DNA of 64,000 nucleotides from Dimorphilus gyrociliatus (lineage: Eukaryota; Animalia; Annelida): assembly GCA_904063045.1 (NCBI GenBank), contig CAJFCJ010000016.1:972556-1036555 (forward strand). Direction: 5' to 3'. Positions 60,401 to 64,000 of this stretch are shown here, one piece after another (position 1 is the stretch's first letter; each line of letters starts with the position of its first letter). The translations under genes and the position numbers were made by a program. The notes under the pieces were generated by a model that worked only from the letters and a program-made list of their open reading frames with translations, searched no databases and was not told the origin of the DNA.

Positions 60401-63400
60401 AATCTACCAAATTTTATTGAGATCTGTACCAGCCAATTGGAAAATATATTAGAAATTTTTAAAATCAATGGAGGTATTGAAGAATTATTAGAAATTGAAA
60501 TAGTAAAAAAGTTAATGACAAAAATGCAAAAATTAAGAGTTTTAAGTATAACTAATGTTTTCTTCAATGGATGTTTAGAATTGTCATCCTTTATACAATC
60601 AACTACAATAGAAGATTTAACATTAGAAAATTGTAATTTACAAAAATGTTCACCTAGATTTTTGAATATGAAATTCAAATGTCTTTATTATTTCAATATT
60701 TCTGAAAATCAATTTGAAGGTAAGGAGTAATTTTTCAAATATGACTATTTTAAAACAATCAATTTTTTAGATAATCAGCCCTTGGATTATATTCTGATAA
60801 ATAACAGAGATATTATCTCATTAAATATTTCAAAATGTTTTAATTCAGGAAAACAATCAGAAAATCTAATAAATCTTCTTCAACAATATCCAAATTTATC
60901 ATTTCTTAATTTTTCAGACAATATCATTCCAAATAATATCTGTAATACAATATTTACAAATCAAAATAACCAAATCAGAGGTTTACAAATTAACAATTGT
61001 AACACAGAACTTGATTCAAAAGACATTATTACATTTTTGGAATTCAATAAAGAAATAGAAATTTTGGAGTTAAAAGGAAATGTTTTAAAAGAAAATGATG
61101 AAAACTCTTTTCTAACAGCTTTATTATCATTGCAAATTGTAAAACATCTGAAATTGCCATTAATAGATCATAAAGAAATGATTTGGAAAAAAGAAAAATT
61201 GTCTCAAAATTGTAAAAGTTTAATAAATCTGAAATTGCTGGATTTGGGAGAAAATTCTTTAGAACATGAATGTATAACTGACTTTTTTCAACAAGTTTTA
61301 CAAAGTTCAAAATATTTATATACTCTTTTTTTAAGAAAGTCTAAAATTTCTTCCAAAGTTATAAACATGATGTCAAATTCTTATAGACAGGTAACTTCAA
61401 CAACAGAAAATCTTCAAAAGCATAAACTTTATATGATATTTAATTCATGTGAATTTGACTTAAAATTGGATGATATTACTAAATTTTTCAATGGTATGTT
61501 CTACTTCATTGACTTAGATATATCTCATACAAAGGCACAATTGGTTATTGATAATCTCTCCAGTCTAAAATCTCTTGAGCAAATTGAAAATTTAATTTTA
61601 GCAAAGTGTCAATTAACTTCAAACGATCTAGCCAAAATTGGAAAGTGTATTCATATGTTCACATCTATAAAAAAGTTAGATATATCATACAATCCAATTG
61701 ATTCATTTGCTCTTTTAAATTTTTTCAAAACGTTCACTATAAATAATCACAAATCAATTAGACAACTCTACATACACAAGTGTAATTTTCATTTGAAACA
61801 TATTTTACAAATTTGTCAAGCTATTCAAAGTTTATACAACTTGGATATTTTAAATTCATTATCCAATCCTCAAACTGTCAATAAATTAAATACTTCAGAA
61901 TTGGACAAAATACTTAATTCAAATCTATTCAATTTGTCTTTTATTCAAAAACTTTTAAATGATTTCTCAGATATATTAGATACAAGATTATTAAAAATTT
62001 CAAACAGTTACAACTTTCCAATAAATAACATACTAAATATAATTAAAGAAAATCAATCAATAGTTATTGACACATTGGAAATAACATCACAATTAAATAT
62101 AACTCAAATATCACATCTAAAAGAAGCTATTGAAAAAAACATTTCTTTTCAAACATTACAAGCTTTGCTCATTGATGATAAAAACATATCAGAGCATGTT
62201 TTAGAATATAATGACAACAATGTTAAAGACAAATGTTCAGATTTAGTAACATTTCTTTTAGAACATATTAAAACAAATTGCACAAACTTGACCTTACTTA
62301 GAGTAAGCAATTGTGAAATTCAACAGGTTTGGTCATACTATTGGAGATGCAATTGGTAAACAAACTCTACTGACTGAACTATTTTTAAGTGACAATCCAA
62401 TTGGAACAGAAGTTGGAAAAAGTATTTTTGAAAATATTAAAAGAAATTGCACAAAGTTGACAGCACTTGTTTAAGCAATTGTGGATTTCAATCTACAATT
62501 GGTGATGTTGTTGGAGATGCAATTGGTAAACAAACTCTACTGATAAAATTATTTTTAAATGACAATCCAATTGGAACTGAAGTTGGAAAAAGTATTTTTG
62601 AAAATATTAAAAGAAATTGTACAAAGTTGACAGTCATTGATTTCCAAAATTGTGGATTTAAATCAGGAATTGGTGATGTTGTTGGAAATGCAATTGGTAA
62701 ACAAACTCTACTAACTAGGCTATCTTTAAGGGACAATCCAATTGGAACTGAAGTTGGAAAAAGTATTTTTGAAAATATTAAAACAAATTGTACAAAGTTG
62801 ACAGATATTTATTTCCAAAATTGTGGATTTAAATCAGGAATTGGTGATGTTGTTGGAGATGCAATTGGTAAACAAAGTCAACTGATAAAATTATTTTTAA
62901 ATGACAATCCAATTGGAACTGAAGTTGGAAAAAGTATTTTTGAAAATATTAAAACAAATTGTACAAAGTTGACAGTCATTGATTTCCACAATTGTGGATT
63001 TAAATCAGGAATTGGTGATGTTGTTGGAAATGCAATTGGTAAACAAACTCTACTAACTGGGCTATCTTTAATGGACAATCCAATTGGAACTGAAGTTGGA
63101 AAAAGTATTTTTGAAAATATTAAAACAAATTGTACAAAGTTGACAGTCATTTATTTCAAAAATTGTGGATTTAAATCAGGAATTGGTGATGTTGTTGGAG
63201 ATGCAATTGGTAAACAAACTCTACTAACTGAGCTATCTTTAAGGGACAATCCAATTGGAACTGAAGTTGGAAAAAGTATTTTTGAAAATATTAAAACAAA
63301 TTGTACAAAGTTGACAGTCATTGATTTCCAAAATTGTGGATTTAAATCAGGAATTGGTGATGTTGTTGGAGATGCAATTGGTAAACAAACTCTACTAACT

Positions 63401-64000
63401 GAGCTATCTTTAAGGGACAATCCAATTGGAACAGAAGTTGGAAAAAGTATTTTTGAAAATATTAAAACAAATTGTACAAAGTTGACAGTCATTGATTTCC
63501 AAAATTGTGGATTTAAATCAGGAATTGGTGATGTTGTTGGAGATGCAATTGGTAAACAAACTCTACTAACTGAGCTATCTTTAAGGGACAATCCAATTGG
63601 AACGAAGTTGGAAAAAGTATTTTTGAAAATATTAAAACAAATTGCACTGAAGTTGAAAGCATTAATTTCAATAATTGTGGATTTGAATCAGGAATTGGTG
63701 ATGTTGTTGGAGATGCAATTGGTAAACAAACTCTACTGACTGAACTATTTTTAAGTGACAATCCAATTGGAACAGAAGTTGGAAAAAGTATTTTGAAAAT
63801 ATTAAAACAAATTGTACAAAGTTGACAGTCATTTATTTCCAAAATTGTGGATTTAAATCAGGAATTGGTGATGTTGTTGGAGATGCAATTGGTAAACAAA
63901 CTCTACTAACTGAACTATTTTTAAGTGACAATCCAATTGGAACTGAAGTTGGAAAAAGTATTTTTGAAAATATTAAAAGAAATTGCACAAAGTTGACAGC
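57462..64000 (+). CDS. NLR-type NACHT-LRR protein 2 (runs off the window; frameshifts in LRR array)
   Basis: Possible micro-exon ATG GCA AAA at 57462-57470; large exon from 58634; Walker A GDAGMGKT, Walker B LLLDGADE, FIHIFFQEYLTARYI; 51-nt intron 60720-60770 joins ORFs 58730 and 60782 in frame; RI-like LRRs. The first exon is tentative. Confidence 0.85.
58243..58478. mobile_element. dispersed repeat copy 2, inserted with a 13-bp target-site duplication
   Basis: TCCCATCTATGGG at 58230-58242 and 58479-58491 brackets the copy. Confidence 0.8.
62351..64000 (+). repeat. 171-bp coding tandem array (57-aa A/B LRR pair), at least 9.6 units
   Basis: The AATTGGTAAACAAA anchor recurs at 62351, 62521, 62692, 62863, 63034, 63205, 63376, 63547, 63717 and 63887. 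Confidence 0.97.

Noticed and set aside
60720-60770. Nonsense mutation splitting NLR2
   Set aside because: The TAA lies in a 51-nt GTAAGG..TTTTAG intron whose removal restores the frame.
62488-63842. Minus-strand ORFs over the LRR array, and antisense ORFs within NLR1
   Set aside because: These are shadow frames of the repetitive sense-strand coding sequence, with no independent motifs.

Overview
AT-rich animal genomic DNA, not prokaryotic. It has short GT-AG introns of about 50-70 nt, a class A GPCR and eukaryotic tRNA-Gln genes, in the style of a compact invertebrate genome (species not determinable from sequence). The window has two compartments. (1) About 1-45.8 kb is gene-dense and CpG-normal. 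It holds a GPCR, four ZYG11/ZER1-like LRR paralogs, four tRNA-Gln genes plus a decayed copy, four PAN/apple genes, two multi-domain F-type-lectin-like genes, a double-DSL membrane protein, an intronless NACHT-LRR (NLR), a GNAT, a two-domain Ly6/quiver-like gene, an orphan Cys-rich ORF and a Mutator-type MITE. (2) About 45.8-64 kb is roughly tenfold CpG-depleted and transposon-rich (Mutator, Tc1, Penelope relics). Its lesions look like methyl-CpG deamination. It ends in a second NLR whose LRR is a near-identical 171-bp tandem array that varies almost only at the predicted ligand-facing residues. That array and the CpG boundary are the most interesting signals. All exon structures and counts are manual readings.
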